A stretch of 64,000 nucleotides of DNA from an uncultured Alphaproteobacteria bacterium (GCA_963807085.1 CAWEBB010000012.1:126913-190912); one strand, 5' to 3'. Counted from the stretch's first letter, positions 19,282 through 28,706 are shown. The notes: generated by a model not told the origin, from the letters alone. A program made the numbers and translations.

Positions 19282-20172
19282 TCATTCCGCCGCGGTCTTC
19301 TGGGCGGCGAAAATCGACTGGTAGCCGACTTTCTCCCAGCGTGGCGGCACCTGTACCGGGCGCGGGTCCATGTGCACGAATTCCGCAGGCTTACCCCGCA
19401 CGATGTCGCCGGAATAACTTGCCGGGGTGGGTGAGGCGGTCCAGGGAAACGCGTCGGCCGAACTGTAGACGAACAGCAGCAGCGGACGCACCCGGTCGGT
19501 CATGTTGGCGATCGAGCCGTGGATCGTCCGACAGTTGATGGCGATCACCGTGCCGGCGGGTCCAAGCAGATCGGCGGCCTTGCCCACATCCGCCGCCGCT
19601 TCGTCTTTGGGCGACAGATACCCGCTCCAGTTGCCATCCGGCCCGTAGTGGGAATAGAGCGGCCCCTCATGGCTGCCGGGCACGCACGCCAAAGGCCCTT
19701 CCGGTCCGCTCACCTCGTCCAGGTATATGCCCAGCGTCACCGGCGAGAAATTGGTGTGCGGCCAGGCGGGAATGTCCTGGTGCCACTTCACCACCTCGCC
19801 GCCGCCCGGCCACTTGTAGTTCAGCTTGGCCGAGTGAAACTTCACGTCAGGACCGACAAGGTCCGCCGCGATGGCGGTCAGCAAATCGCCGGACGCGAGT
19901 TCCCAGAAGAACGGGTCGGCATCCACCGGCTTGCGCAGGCGGCGCACGTGGGGGCTATCGGCGGAATGATTCGGCCCCAGATCGAAAAACTCGTTCGGGC
20001 CGTCAAAGGCGCGGCTTTTGTCCAGGAACTCATCGGACTTGGCCCGAATTTTGGCCAGCATTTCAGGCGGCACGGCGCCGGGCAGGACCGCAAAGCCGTC
20101 GCGGAAATAGGCCTCGCGCTCGGCTTGGCTCATGGCGATCGGGGCGTTGGCGAGAATGTCTTCGGGTGTCAT
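19282..20172 (-). CDS. Phytanoyl-CoA dioxygenase (PhyH) family Fe(II)/2-oxoglutarate oxygenase
   Basis: Start MTPEDIL at 20172 with GGAG 8 nt upstream. PhyH-type sequence follows (..YFRDGFAVLPGAVP..WHQDIPAWPH..IHGSIAN). Confidence 0.8.
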   Translation of the reverse strand: MTPEDILANAPIAMSQAEREAYFRDGFAVLPGAVPPEMLAKIRAKSDEFLDKSRAFDGPNEFFDLGPNHSADSPHVRRLRKPVDADPFFWELASGDLLTAIAADLVGPDVKFHSAKLNYKWPGGGEVVKWHQDIPAWPHTNFSPVTLGIYLDEVSGPEGPLACVPGSHEGPLYSHYGPDGNWSGYLSPKDEAAADVGKAADLLGPAGTVIAINCRTIHGSIANMTDRVRPLLLFVYSSADAFPWTASPTPASYSGDIVRGKPAEFVHMDPRPVQVPPRWEKVGYQSIFAAQKTAAE

Positions 20173-20307
20173 GACGGCGCTCCGTGTTGTCGTTGCGTCC
20201 GGACCGTAGGCGGATTGTGGCAGCATAGCTCAAGCCTGCCGGTTACGGTATAATGGCGTGACATTGACGGGGCCGTTTTGCGCCGCGTTCGATTTGGGAG
20301 AGACGGC

Positions 20308-21609
20308 ATGTCAGACCGCAGTGATGCCTTCATCGAGAGCCTGGACCGGCGCGTCGCCGACATCGCCTCTGTCTGCACCGCCTGCGGAGCGTGTGCCGAG
20401 GCCTGCCCGACCCTGGCCGTGGCAGGCCTCGACGGCATGGAGGGCAGCGAGCCGCAAGCCCTCACCGCCGGCATACGGGACGTGCTGCGGGCGGGGGAGG
20501 GGCCGGAAGCGTCCGAACAGTGGGCCAGGATGTGCTGCGGCTCCGGCCATTGCCTGACCGTCTGCCCGGAAGGCATCAACCCGCGTTTCATGCTGACCAT
20601 GGCCCGCCGTGCGCTGACCCAGGCGAACCCGGAGCCCGACCGCCGCGCCGCGGGCAAGGCCGCCTTCCAGAAGATGAGCCGCGGCGTGCGCGTGCTCTCC
20701 CGCCTCTCCCTGCCGCCGCACCTGCTGGAGAAGCTCAGCCCGCGGTCCCATCCGGAGCGGGACGAGGCGCCGGATCTGGTGTTCTACACCGGCTGCAACA
20801 TGCTGAAGACGCCGCATATCGGCCTCTACTGCCTGGACGTGCTGGAGGCGCTGGGCGTGACCTATGAGGTGCAGGGCGGCCCCGGCGCCTGCTGCGGGAT
20901 CCTGCCGACCCGGCCTGGCGACACGGCGCTGGGCGGGCGGCAGGCGTTCGGCACGCTGGACCGCATGGCGGCCTCCAAGACCTCCCAGGTGCTGTCTTGG
21001 TGCCCCACCTGCCAGATCCAGTTCGGCGAGACCGCCATCCCCGCCTACCGCGAGGTTACCGGCACCAACCTGGACATGACCATGTTCCCGGTCTGGCTGG
21101 CGAGCCGCCTGGATGAGTTGCGCCCGATGATGAACCGGCGGGTGGAAAAGCGTGTCGCCCTGTTCGAATACGCGGGCGAGCTGGGCGTGATGGAGGCGGT
21201 GCGGGCCTTGCTTGGTGCGGTGCCGGGGGTGGAGATCGTGGAGATCGAGACCCGGGCCATCGGCTACACCGGTACGTCGTTGGTGCCGTTGGGGCGTTAC
21301 CACGGCGAGACGGTCCAGGCAGCTTTGCGCGATGCCGAGGCGGCGGGCGTGGACGTGCTGGTCGGCATCTACCACGGCGACCACCGCGATTTCGCCGGCC
21401 GCGAGGCGGATTGGCCCTTCCAGATGCAGAACTACATGGAACTTTTGGGCGAGAGCATGGGCTTTGTGGCACCCGACCGGTTCAAGCAACTGAAGCTGAT
21501 GGCCGACGCGGACGCCATTCTGACAGCGTCGGCAGAGATGATCGCGGCCTATGGATTGGCGCCCGAGGAAGTGCGGGACGTCGTCGTAAAGGATATGTTG
21601 GAGGGGTAG
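20308..21609 (+). CDS. (Fe-S)-binding protein with 4Fe-4S dicluster and CCG domains (HdrD/GlpC-like)
   Basis: ATG at 20308 with GGGAGAG upstream. Cysteine motifs are CTACGACAEACP, CCGSGHCLTVCP, FYTGCNM, CCG and CPTC. Confidence 0.75.
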   Translation: MSDRSDAFIESLDRRVADIASVCTACGACAEACPTLAVAGLDGMEGSEPQALTAGIRDVLRAGEGPEASEQWARMCCGSGHCLTVCPEGINPRFMLTMARRALTQANPEPDRRAAGKAAFQKMSRGVRVLSRLSLPPHLLEKLSPRSHPERDEAPDLVFYTGCNMLKTPHIGLYCLDVLEALGVTYEVQGGPGACCGILPTRPGDTALGGRQAFGTLDRMAASKTSQVLSWCPTCQIQFGETAIPAYREVTGTNLDMTMFPVWLASRLDELRPMMNRRVEKRVALFEYAGELGVMEAVRALLGAVPGVEIVEIETRAIGYTGTSLVPLGRYHGETVQAALRDAEAAGVDVLVGIYHGDHRDFAGREADWPFQMQNYMELLGESMGFVAPDRFKQLKLMADADAILTASAEMIAAYGLAPEEVRDVVVKDMLEG

Positions 21610-21918
21610 CTGACAGTCGGGATCAAGATTTGGGATTTCAGCGCCCTGCGGGGAGATGAAAGAAGAGAGGCTTCATTCCCGTCTCGTCCGCTCCGCTTCG
21701 CCAGGATCAAGCTTTCCGGCGCGACCAAGGAGGCTGGTACCGCCGCTTCTTACTGAATTTGTCTTTGGTCCTTCCACCACCTCGCTGCAGGAGCGAAAGA
21801 TGGGCTCAACGGTTTGGGGCACGGATTTCGGCTGTGGCGGTATCGCCGATAGCGGTATGGCTGTCCCACCGGGACAAGGAGTATTTTTCAACAACCTGAA
21901 ACCGATAGTTAACGCAGG

Positions 21919-21994
21919 TGGTGCCCAGGGGCGGATTCGAACCACCGACACGCGAATTTTCAGTCCGCTGCTCTACCAACTGAGCTACCTGGGC
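21919..21994 (-). tRNA. tRNA-Phe (anticodon GAA), CCA encoded
   Basis: The minus strand reads GCCCAGGTAGCTCAGTTGGTAGAGCAGCGGACTGAAAATTCGCGTGTCGGTGGTTCGAATCCGCCCCTGGGCACCA. This gives a 7-bp acceptor stem, a GAA anticodon in a CTGAAAA loop, and a GGTTCGAATCC T-arm. Confidence 0.95.
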
Positions 21995-22219
21995 GTTTCC
22001 GGCGCTGCACGGCACCAAAGCCGAGCCCGGAAGCCGTTGTTTAAGCAATCGACTTTGGCCTGTCCAGTCATTTTGCCTGCGGATTTGCCACAGGCGGGAA
22101 AAATAGCCCACGGCACTGGGATTTAAATCTTGCGCTAATTCGATGCATGTCATTATGCTGCAGTGCGAGATGGTATCCGCTTATCAATAATACGTTGGAG
22201 TAACAGGAGAGTTTCACCG

Positions 22220-23470
22220 TTGTTATATGCTGCATATGAAATGACGCATGCTGCCGTAAGCCCGTTTCGTGCTGCATCGATCGCCGCGCGGCAACTGATG
22301 GACCCGGCCGTCAATCCAATGGCCTATATGCCTCAGACGCGGGCGCTCAATGCAGCGCTGGATATGTTCGAGCGCGCAACACGCCGTTATGGCAAGCCCG
22401 ACTGGGACATCCATTCGACGAGGGTCGATGGCGACATGGTGCCGGTGATGATTGAAACCGTGCGCACGAAGCCGTTTGCCAATCTGGTGCGCTTCCGGCG
22501 TAAAAAGTCAGCGATGAGAGCAGACCGCCAGAACGATCCACGGGTTCTGATCGTGGCGCCGCTCTCCGGTCACTACGCGACCCTGCTGCGTGACACCGTC
22601 CGGGCGATGCTGCACGAGCACGATGTTTATATCACCGATTGGGCCGATGCGCGCACCGTGCCGGTGACCGAGGGGCGATTCGGCCTGGAAGACTATATCG
22701 ATTACGTTACCGACTTCATCCGCTTTCTCGGACCTGACCTGCACGTGATGGCGGTGTGTCAGCCGGGCCCGGCGGTCTTGGCCGCCACCTCGATGCTGGC
22801 AGAGGATAACGATCCGGCCCAGCCCGCGACCTTGACTCTGATGGGCAGCCCCATCGATACACGCCTCAGCCCGACCGTTCCCAACGAGCTGGCGACGAGC
22901 CGGTCGCTAGAATGGTTCGAAAAGAACGTGATTACGTGGGTTTCGTGGCCGAATCCTGGGATGCTCCGCCAAGTCTATCCGGGGTTCCTGCAACTCACCG
23001 GATTTATGACCATGAACATGGACCGGCATGTGAATGCCCATCTTCAGCTTTACCGGCACCTGATTGCCGGTGACGGTGAAAGCGCCGAGGCGCACCGGCA
23101 ATTCTATGACGAGTACCTGTCGGTCCTGGATATGACCGAGGAATTCTACCTCGAGACGATCAAGGTCATTTTTCAGGATCACGACCTGCCCGACGGCCGC
23201 ATGAAGTATCGGGGGCACCGGGTGCAACCGCAAGCGATCCGGCGCACGGCGCTCTTGACGGTCGAGGGCCAGCGCGACGACATCTCCGGCGTGGGGCAGA
23301 CACAGGCGGCGCATGCGCTTTGCGGCAACATCCCGGCCGACAGGCGTCAACGCCTCGTTCATCCGAAAGTCGGCCATTACGGCATTTTCAACGGGCGGCG
23401 CTGGCGGCAGGACATTCAACCGGAAGTGCGCAATTTCATTCGGGCGAACCGGACGCTGAAGGCCGAGTAG
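22220..23470 (+). CDS. phaZ: Intracellular polyhydroxyalkanoate depolymerase
   Basis: TTG start at 22220, 10 nt after AGGAGA. (M)LYAAYEMTHAAVSPFRAASIAARQLM..RYGKPDW..VRFRR is typical of the intracellular PHB depolymerase family. Start choice is uncertain; the ORF track begins at 22163. Confidence 0.8.
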   Translation: MLYAAYEMTHAAVSPFRAASIAARQLMDPAVNPMAYMPQTRALNAALDMFERATRRYGKPDWDIHSTRVDGDMVPVMIETVRTKPFANLVRFRRKKSAMRADRQNDPRVLIVAPLSGHYATLLRDTVRAMLHEHDVYITDWADARTVPVTEGRFGLEDYIDYVTDFIRFLGPDLHVMAVCQPGPAVLAATSMLAEDNDPAQPATLTLMGSPIDTRLSPTVPNELATSRSLEWFEKNVITWVSWPNPGMLRQVYPGFLQLTGFMTMNMDRHVNAHLQLYRHLIAGDGESAEAHRQFYDEYLSVLDMTEEFYLETIKVIFQDHDLPDGRMKYRGHRVQPQAIRRTALLTVEGQRDDISGVGQTQAAHALCGNIPADRRQRLVHPKVGHYGIFNGRRWRQDIQPEVRNFIRANRTLKAE

Positions 23471-23502
23471 TACCCAATTAGCATTGAAGCGAACCCTTCT
23501 TT

Positions 23503-23605
23503 CACCTTGAGCCGCGAATTGTAGCGGCGCGAGTTGAAAGGTGTGAGCTACGCGCCGAGCGGCCCTTCAACTCGTGCCGATTGGCATCCGGCACGGCTCA
23601 AGATG
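23503..23605. repeat. Nested imperfect palindrome of about 100 nt (long hairpin), intergenic between phaZ and phaB
   Basis: Outer arms: CACCTTGAGCCG (23503-23514) with CGGCTCAAGATG (23594-23605). Inner arms: GCGCGAGTTGAAAGG (23527-23541) with CCCTTCAACTCGTGC (23563-23577). There is also a small TGCCG..CGGCA hairpin. Confidence 0.45.
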
Positions 23606-23676
23606 AAGTGGTAGGTTGTAATAATGAGAGCCCGTATAAGCGCTATTCCTCTTGTGTAACGGATGCCGGTCGAAGA

Positions 23677-23706
23677 AAAAGGGAGCCATTGTTGGCTCCC
23701 TTTCTT
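23677..23706. terminator. Bidirectional intrinsic terminator between convergent phaZ and phaB
   Basis: AAAAAGGGAGCC-ATTGT-TGGCTCCCTTTCTTTT: a GC-rich stem flanked by an A-run and a T-run. Confidence 0.65.
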
Positions 23707-23728
23707 TTGTGCGACAGCTTTTCAGTTG

Positions 23729-24451
23729 TCAGTACATATGCTGTCCGCCGTTGATCGACACGGTCGAGCCGGTGATGAAGCTTGCATCATCGCCACAGAG
23801 GAACACCACGCCTCGCGCAATATCGTGGGCGGTTCCGAGGCGGCGTACAGGAATACGTTCAACGATCTTTTCCAGCACGCGCTCTGGCACTGCGGCGACC
23901 ATATCGGTTGCGACATAGCCGGGCGCCAGCGCGTTCACGGTGATGCCATAGCGTGCGCCTTCTTGCGCCAGCGCCTTGGTGAAGCCATGGATACCTGATT
24001 TGGCGGCGGCGTAATTGACCTGCCCGTACTGGCCGCCTTGTCCGTTGATCGAGCCGATATTGACGATCCGCCCGAACTTTGCCTCGCACATGTTTTCCCA
24101 GACCGCATGCACCATGTTGAAACACGAACCCAGATTGGTGTCGACCACTGAATCCCAATCGGCGCGAGACATTTTCATGATGGTCGAATCGCGGGTAATG
24201 CCCGCATTGTTGACGAGGATGTTGATCTGGCCGAGATCTTCCTTAATTTTGGCTACACCCGCTTGGCAGGCGTCATAGTCGCCAACGTCAAACTTGTAGA
24301 CGGGAATGCCGGTTTCTTCCTTGAACTTGGCGGCCGCCTCGTCATTGCCGCCATAATTCGCCGCGACCTTCATGCCGGCGGCATTCAGTTCTTCACAGAT
24401 GGCGCGGCCGATGCCGCGCGTCCCACCGGTAACGATAGCGCTGTGTTGCAT
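23729..24451 (-). CDS. phaB: Acetoacetyl-CoA reductase
   Basis: 240 aa. Motifs are AIVTGGTRGIGRAI, NNAGITRD, YAAAKSGIHGFTKALA and the C-terminal INGGQHMY. Adjacent to phaZ. Confidence 0.9.
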   Translation of the reverse strand: MQHSAIVTGGTRGIGRAICEELNAAGMKVAANYGGNDEAAAKFKEETGIPVYKFDVGDYDACQAGVAKIKEDLGQINILVNNAGITRDSTIMKMSRADWDSVVDTNLGSCFNMVHAVWENMCEAKFGRIVNIGSINGQGGQYGQVNYAAAKSGIHGFTKALAQEGARYGITVNALAPGYVATDMVAAVPERVLEKIVERIPVRRLGTAHDIARGVVFLCGDDASFITGSTVSINGGQHMY

Positions 24452-24637
24452 AGCATATCCTCCTTCGCGTTCCCCGCTGCGCCGATCCTCTGTGGAGCAG
24501 TCAGACCAAGCCCGCCGAGAGACTAACAGCCCGTGCGGCCGAGACCATAGGGTTAATCATTGGATCCTGCCGCATTGCCGGATTTATCATGTGATCGCAA
24601 CGTGCCGCATACAGCCAAGGTGCCAAGGATATCGGTT

Positions 24638-25237
24638 ATGCTGGAAAAGCTGATTGTCTATTTCGACTATAAAAGCCCCTATGCCTATCTTGCTGTCCGG
24701 CCCGCGCGAGGTCTGGCGGCGGAGTTCGGTCTCGCCATCGACTGGCGGCCTTACACCCTGCGGATCCCGGAATATTTGGGTGCCGTCGACAGCCGCAATG
24801 ACCACCAATGGCGCCGGGTCAAGTACTCCTATATGGATGCACGCCGCATCGCCAATGAGCGGGGGCTGGTGACGCTGGGGCCAAAGAAGATCTTCGAGTT
24901 GGCGGTCGCTCACATCGGTGCGCTGTTCGCGCACGAGCAAGGCGTATTCGACGCTTATCACGAGCGGGTGTTTGAGCGCTTCTTCAAGCGGTCGCTCGAC
25001 CTCGCCGATGTTTCCGCCATTCAGGCCGTGCTGGCCGAGGCCGGCGCGCCGGATTGCGCCCGTTTCCCCGCCTATGTCGAAGGGGAGGGGAACGAGAAAT
25101 ACCGCCGGGTGCTGGACGAAGCGGAGGCCATGGGGATTTTCGGCGTACCCAGCTTCGTGCTGGACGGCGAAATTATCTGGGGCGGCGACCGGCTCGACAT
25201 GGTCCGCAAAAGCCTACAGCACCGCCTGAGCCGATAA
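24638..25237 (+). CDS. DsbA-like 2-hydroxychromene-2-carboxylate isomerase family protein
   Basis: ATG at 24638. MLEKLIVYFDYKSPYAYLA.. and C-terminal GIFGVPSFVLDGEIIWGGDRL match the HCCA isomerase/DsbA fold. Confidence 0.75.
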   Translation: MLEKLIVYFDYKSPYAYLAVRPARGLAAEFGLAIDWRPYTLRIPEYLGAVDSRNDHQWRRVKYSYMDARRIANERGLVTLGPKKIFELAVAHIGALFAHEQGVFDAYHERVFERFFKRSLDLADVSAIQAVLAEAGAPDCARFPAYVEGEGNEKYRRVLDEAEAMGIFGVPSFVLDGEIIWGGDRLDMVRKSLQHRLSR

Positions 25238-25267
25238 GCTCGGGCGGTGCCGTAGACCCAACCCGAG

Positions 25268-25299
25268 GCAACGCCCGACCCAACCGGACCGGGCGTTGC
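25268..25299. terminator. Stem-loop between convergent genes
   Basis: GCAACGCCCG (25268-25277) pairs perfectly with CGGGCGTTGC (25290-25299), with a 12-nt loop. Confidence 0.5.
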
Positions 25300-25354
25300 T
25301 CTGGCTGTCCTCGATAGTCGCCAGCCGGCGGTTCACGCGTCCAATTCTGATAGG

Positions 25355-26368
25355 CTAATGGTCGTAGCCAACTTCGTCCGTCATCTTGAGCGCCTCGCCA
25401 CGCTTGTCGGCGATTGCTTGCAGCGACAGGTCTTCCACCCTGAAGTCGCCGAACGATTTAAGAATGTCCGGCCAGGGCGTGCCTTCGCGCAACGGGTACT
25501 CGCCGTTGACGTCGGCATAAATCTCTTGCGCCTTTTCGCTGGTCAGGAAGCGCATAAGTTCCAGCGCCTCGGCCTTGTTCGGCGCATGCGAACCCAGCGC
25601 CATGCCGCTGATATTGGCGTGAGCGCCACGGCCGTCTTGGTTGGGGAACACCACATTGACCGCCTCGGCCCAGGGGCGCTGTTCCGGGTTCTTCATCATG
25701 GCGACGTAATAATAGCTGTTGCCGAGAGCGATGTCGCATTCGCCCTGCCAGATGGCCTTGACCTGCGCCCTGTCACCGCCGGTCGGTTTCCGGGCCAGGT
25801 TCTCCTTCAGGCCTTCAAGCCACTGCTTGGCCTCGTCATAGCCATGGTGATTGATCATGGCGGCGACCAGCGCGATCTGATAGGAATGCTTGCCTGAACG
25901 GGTGCATAGCCGGCCCCGGAATTTTTCGTCCGCAAGCGCTTCGTAGGTCAGGTCGTCTGGGTTTTCGACCCGATCCTTCGAGGCGTAGATCACGCGGATG
26001 CGGCTTGTCAGGCCGATCCATTCGCCGTCTGGATCCCGGTATTTGGCGGGGATCGCTGCATCGATCTCGTCGTCATGGACGGGGGCCGTGATGCCCGCCT
26101 CCTTTGCCCGCGTCAGGTTGCCGATATCGACCGTCAACAGCACGTCCATCGGGCTCAAGCGGTCCTCCTGTTCGGCGCGCTCGATCAGGCCCGTTTTCGC
26201 GAAGACCACGTTCACCTTATGGCCGGTCTCTTTCGTAAACTCGTCGAACAACGGCTCGACCAGGAAGGGCTGACGATAGCTGTACACGTTTACTTCCCCG
26301 GCGTTGGCCGCGGAAAAGCCGACAACAGCCACCGCAGCCGCGGATAACAGGGGGCTAAGAAATTTCAT
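25355..26368 (-). CDS. Fe(3+) ABC transporter substrate-binding protein (FbpA/AfuA-like)
   Basis: Signal peptide MKFLSPLLSAAAVAVVGFSAANA followed by GEVNVYSYRQPFL.., 337 aa. A Fur-box-like site lies upstream. Confidence 0.85.
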   Translation of the reverse strand: MKFLSPLLSAAAVAVVGFSAANAGEVNVYSYRQPFLVEPLFDEFTKETGHKVNVVFAKTGLIERAEQEDRLSPMDVLLTVDIGNLTRAKEAGITAPVHDDEIDAAIPAKYRDPDGEWIGLTSRIRVIYASKDRVENPDDLTYEALADEKFRGRLCTRSGKHSYQIALVAAMINHHGYDEAKQWLEGLKENLARKPTGGDRAQVKAIWQGECDIALGNSYYYVAMMKNPEQRPWAEAVNVVFPNQDGRGAHANISGMALGSHAPNKAEALELMRFLTSEKAQEIYADVNGEYPLREGTPWPDILKSFGDFRVEDLSLQAIADKRGEALKMTDEVGYDH

Positions 26369-26433
26369 CGTGGATCTCCATCAGGACGTGACGTCGGTGT
26401 CCGCCAAAAAAGCGAGCGCAACCTATTGTGATT

Positions 26434-26452
26434 GAGAATGATTATCAATATC
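26434..26452. promoter_or_regulatory. Fur-box-like operator upstream of the Fe(3+)-binding protein gene
   Basis: GAGAATGATTATCAATATC matches the 19-bp consensus GATAATGATAATCATTATC at 16/19 positions by my count. It lies 66-84 nt upstream of the ATG at 26368, in an AT-rich patch. Confidence 0.55.
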
Positions 26453-26630
26453 GTTTCCAGCCGTGCGACACTCTTACAGACGGGAAGCGAAACATGCCGG
26501 CGGAACGATGCATTGGGTTGGAGGATTTTCTGACAGTGTTTCGGCGATACGCATCGACCGTCAGCGGAACGAACCAAACGCCGAGTGACCGGTTCGACCA
26601 TGACGAGGACGGCGAACCCGGACCCTCGGA

Positions 26631-27248
26631 TCAAACCGCCAAAATCAATATACGGGCGGCACCATAAGTTCGCTCATCCAGTACCGTCATCGGCGGCGGC
26701 GGCGCGAACCGGTGCTTGGTTTCCGTTTCGACGCAAACAATGGCGCCCGTCGCCAGCGCGGCGCCGTCGATGATTTTCTCCAGGATCGGCCGGGCCAAGC
26801 CGCTGCGATACGGCGGGTCGAGAAAGACCAGATCGAATGGGCCGTGCGGGATGCGGGCCGGCAGTGTGGCACAAACCGGCGTGCATTGCGCGGCAACGCC
26901 CAAATGCTCCGCGTTTTTCTCCGCCAGATCCAGGGTTCTGCGGTCCTGGTCCACCAAAACCGCGTGCGCGGCGCCACGCGACAGGGCCTCGAACGCCAAC
27001 GCGCCGCTGCCGCAGCAGAGGTCCGCAACCCGCGCACCGGCCAGTATATTGCCGCCGTCGGTGGCAAAGCGGCCATGCATCAGCAGATTGAACAGCGCTT
27101 CGCGGGTGCGGGCGGCGGTCGGGCGCACATCCATGCCCGACGGAACGGCAATGGTGCGTCCCCGCAGCGTGCCGCCCAGGATACGGATCGATTGCGGCGG
27201 GCGCTGTTTTCTGAGCGCCACAGGACTACTGCCGGATCCAAGCGGCAC
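26631..27248 (-). CDS. rsmD: 16S rRNA (guanine966-N2)-methyltransferase
   Basis: ..IRILGGTLRGRTI..RPTAARTREALFN..DLCCGSGALAFEALSRGA..VFLDPPY... The maximal ORF overlaps the upstream gene by 23 nt, so the true start is probably internal. Confidence 0.8.
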   Translation of the reverse strand: MPLGSGSSPVALRKQRPPQSIRILGGTLRGRTIAVPSGMDVRPTAARTREALFNLLMHGRFATDGGNILAGARVADLCCGSGALAFEALSRGAAHAVLVDQDRRTLDLAEKNAEHLGVAAQCTPVCATLPARIPHGPFDLVFLDPPYRSGLARPILEKIIDGAALATGAIVCVETETKHRFAPPPPMTVLDERTYGAARILILAV

Positions 27249-28098
27249 CCCAAAGGTTCAGGGTGCGTTCGGAATGGGGCCAGGAGCGCGGCCCCAGTTC
27301 GCGCGGCAAATGCTCCAGTTCGGCCGACAGCTCGATCCGGTCGCCGTTCGGATCGTCGATCATGAAGAACAGATTGTTCCCCGGCCCGTGCCGTCCCGGA
27401 CCCCAGGCGACCGGAATTTCCAGATTGGCGAGGTGATCGGCCCAGTCCCGGAAATCCATCCAGCCGCTGGTCTCATAGGCGTGGTGATCGGCCTTGGAAT
27501 GGCTGGCCTGGAAGGCGGCGAAGCTGTGATGCTCCGGGTCCGTGCGCCAAAAAGCGACCCGCTTGGTACTGTCATCCTCCTCGTCCAGCAGCACATAGTC
27601 CGATGGCACGAAACCCAAGCCTTTCTCGTAAAAGTCGATCATCGGCGCGAGGTTCGGCGTCGCCACCACCACATGCTGGAGCCGGGCCGGAAAGGCGCGC
27701 GCCGGGATGGCGTTCGCGGCCTTCGGCGACGGCAGGCCGGGCTTCGGCAGGCCGAAAACATTCAGCCAGCCGTCCGGATCGCGCACGGCGACGGCGTCCT
27801 TCCGGAACGCGGCGGCGGGGGAAGGCTCCAAGCTGAGGCCCTGCGCCGCGACATAGGCTCGAACCTCATCCAATTGCCTCTCATTCTGAAGGCGATAGGC
27901 GTGGTAGGTGCGACCGCCATTCTTGCCCGCGCCGATCACCAGGCGCCGCCCCGGCGCTTGCAGCAGGAAATCGGCGCCGAAACCGGCCACCCCGAACCCC
28001 AGCGCGCGCGCGTAAAAGTCCGCGAGTGCTTTTGGCTGCTCGCTTTCCAGGCGCAGATGGTCGAGCTGGGCGGGCCAGATCGGCGAAGTTTGTTGCAT
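27226..28098 (-). CDS. VOC-family extradiol ring-cleavage dioxygenase-like protein
   Basis: Two glyoxalase/VOC modules (..LDHLRLESEQPKALADFYARALGF.. and ..LQHVVVATPNLAPMIDFYEKGLGF..). C-terminal GPGRHGPGNNLFFMIDDPNGDRIELSAE. Confidence 0.75.
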   Translation of the reverse strand: MQQTSPIWPAQLDHLRLESEQPKALADFYARALGFGVAGFGADFLLQAPGRRLVIGAGKNGGRTYHAYRLQNERQLDEVRAYVAAQGLSLEPSPAAAFRKDAVAVRDPDGWLNVFGLPKPGLPSPKAANAIPARAFPARLQHVVVATPNLAPMIDFYEKGLGFVPSDYVLLDEEDDSTKRVAFWRTDPEHHSFAAFQASHSKADHHAYETSGWMDFRDWADHLANLEIPVAWGPGRHGPGNNLFFMIDDPNGDRIELSAELEHLPRELGPRSWPHSERTLNLWGAAWIRQ

Positions 28099-28181
28099 CG
28101 TCGTACCCATGCGGCTGATTTTTCCATACTGTCAGCAAACCCCGCCGGCCGGTGCAATGCAAGAGGCTGTGATACGGCTCT

Positions 28182-28667
28182 TTGACGGGAAGAGGGATCG
28201 AAGACGAATTGCCGAGGGACGGATTTAAGGGCGCCAGATCGAGAGACGAAGCTTCGGCGCGCGCCTGGCTGGCCGCGCAGCGGGTCGGGCGGCTGGCGAC
28301 CGCCGACGAGGTTGGTGCGCCGCATGTGGTGCCGGTCTGCTTCGCGCTGAGCGGAGACGGGCGCTCGCTCTATATCACCGTCGACGAAAAGCCAAAGAGC
28401 ACCACGCGGCCGCTCAAACGCGTGCGCAATATCCTGGCCAACCCGCGGGTGGCGCTGGTCGCCGATTACTACACCGAAGACTGGAGTCAGCTTGGCTGGG
28501 TGATGGTGCGGGGCCGGGCGGAGGTGCTGACAGATGGCGCGGAACATGACGCGGCGCAGGTGTTGCTGCGCGAGAAATACCCGCAGTATCGGCGGATGGC
28601 GCTGGAGCCTTTGCCGGTGATTGCGGTGCGGGTCGAGCGCTGGACCTGGTGGGGGCGGATCGCCTGA
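28182..28667 (+). CDS. PPOX-class (pyridoxamine 5'-phosphate oxidase fold) putative F420/FMN-dependent oxidoreductase
   Basis: ..WLAAQRVGRLATADEVGAPHVVPVCFAL..LYITVDEKPK..LKRVRNILANPRVALVADYYTEDWSQLGWVMVRGRAEVL..REKYPQY. It resembles the TIGR03668-type family by recollection. TTG start, uncertain. Confidence 0.65.
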   Translation: MTGRGIEDELPRDGFKGARSRDEASARAWLAAQRVGRLATADEVGAPHVVPVCFALSGDGRSLYITVDEKPKSTTRPLKRVRNILANPRVALVADYYTEDWSQLGWVMVRGRAEVLTDGAEHDAAQVLLREKYPQYRRMALEPLPVIAVRVERWTWWGRIA

Positions 28668-28706
28668 GCACGGTCCGCCCGATGCCGCGCCGAGCCTTCG
28701 CTGCCC

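Noticed and set aside
21610-22219. Possible integrated element or ncRNA flanking tRNA-Phe
   Set aside because: I found no integrase, no duplicated tRNA 3' segment and no recognisable RNA family signature on either side. The flanks are treated as plain intergenic or promoter DNA.
22130-22260. TGC-rich motifs (CTGCAGTGC, TGCTGCA) upstream of and within the phaZ start, as a possible PhaR operator
   Set aside because: There are only loose resemblances to reported PhaR sites, and part of the region lies inside the coding sequence. This is not enough to call.
26716-28185. 489-aa plus-strand ORF
   Set aside because: It is antisense to the well-supported rsmD and VOC dioxygenase genes and has low-complexity Arg/Pro/Ala composition.
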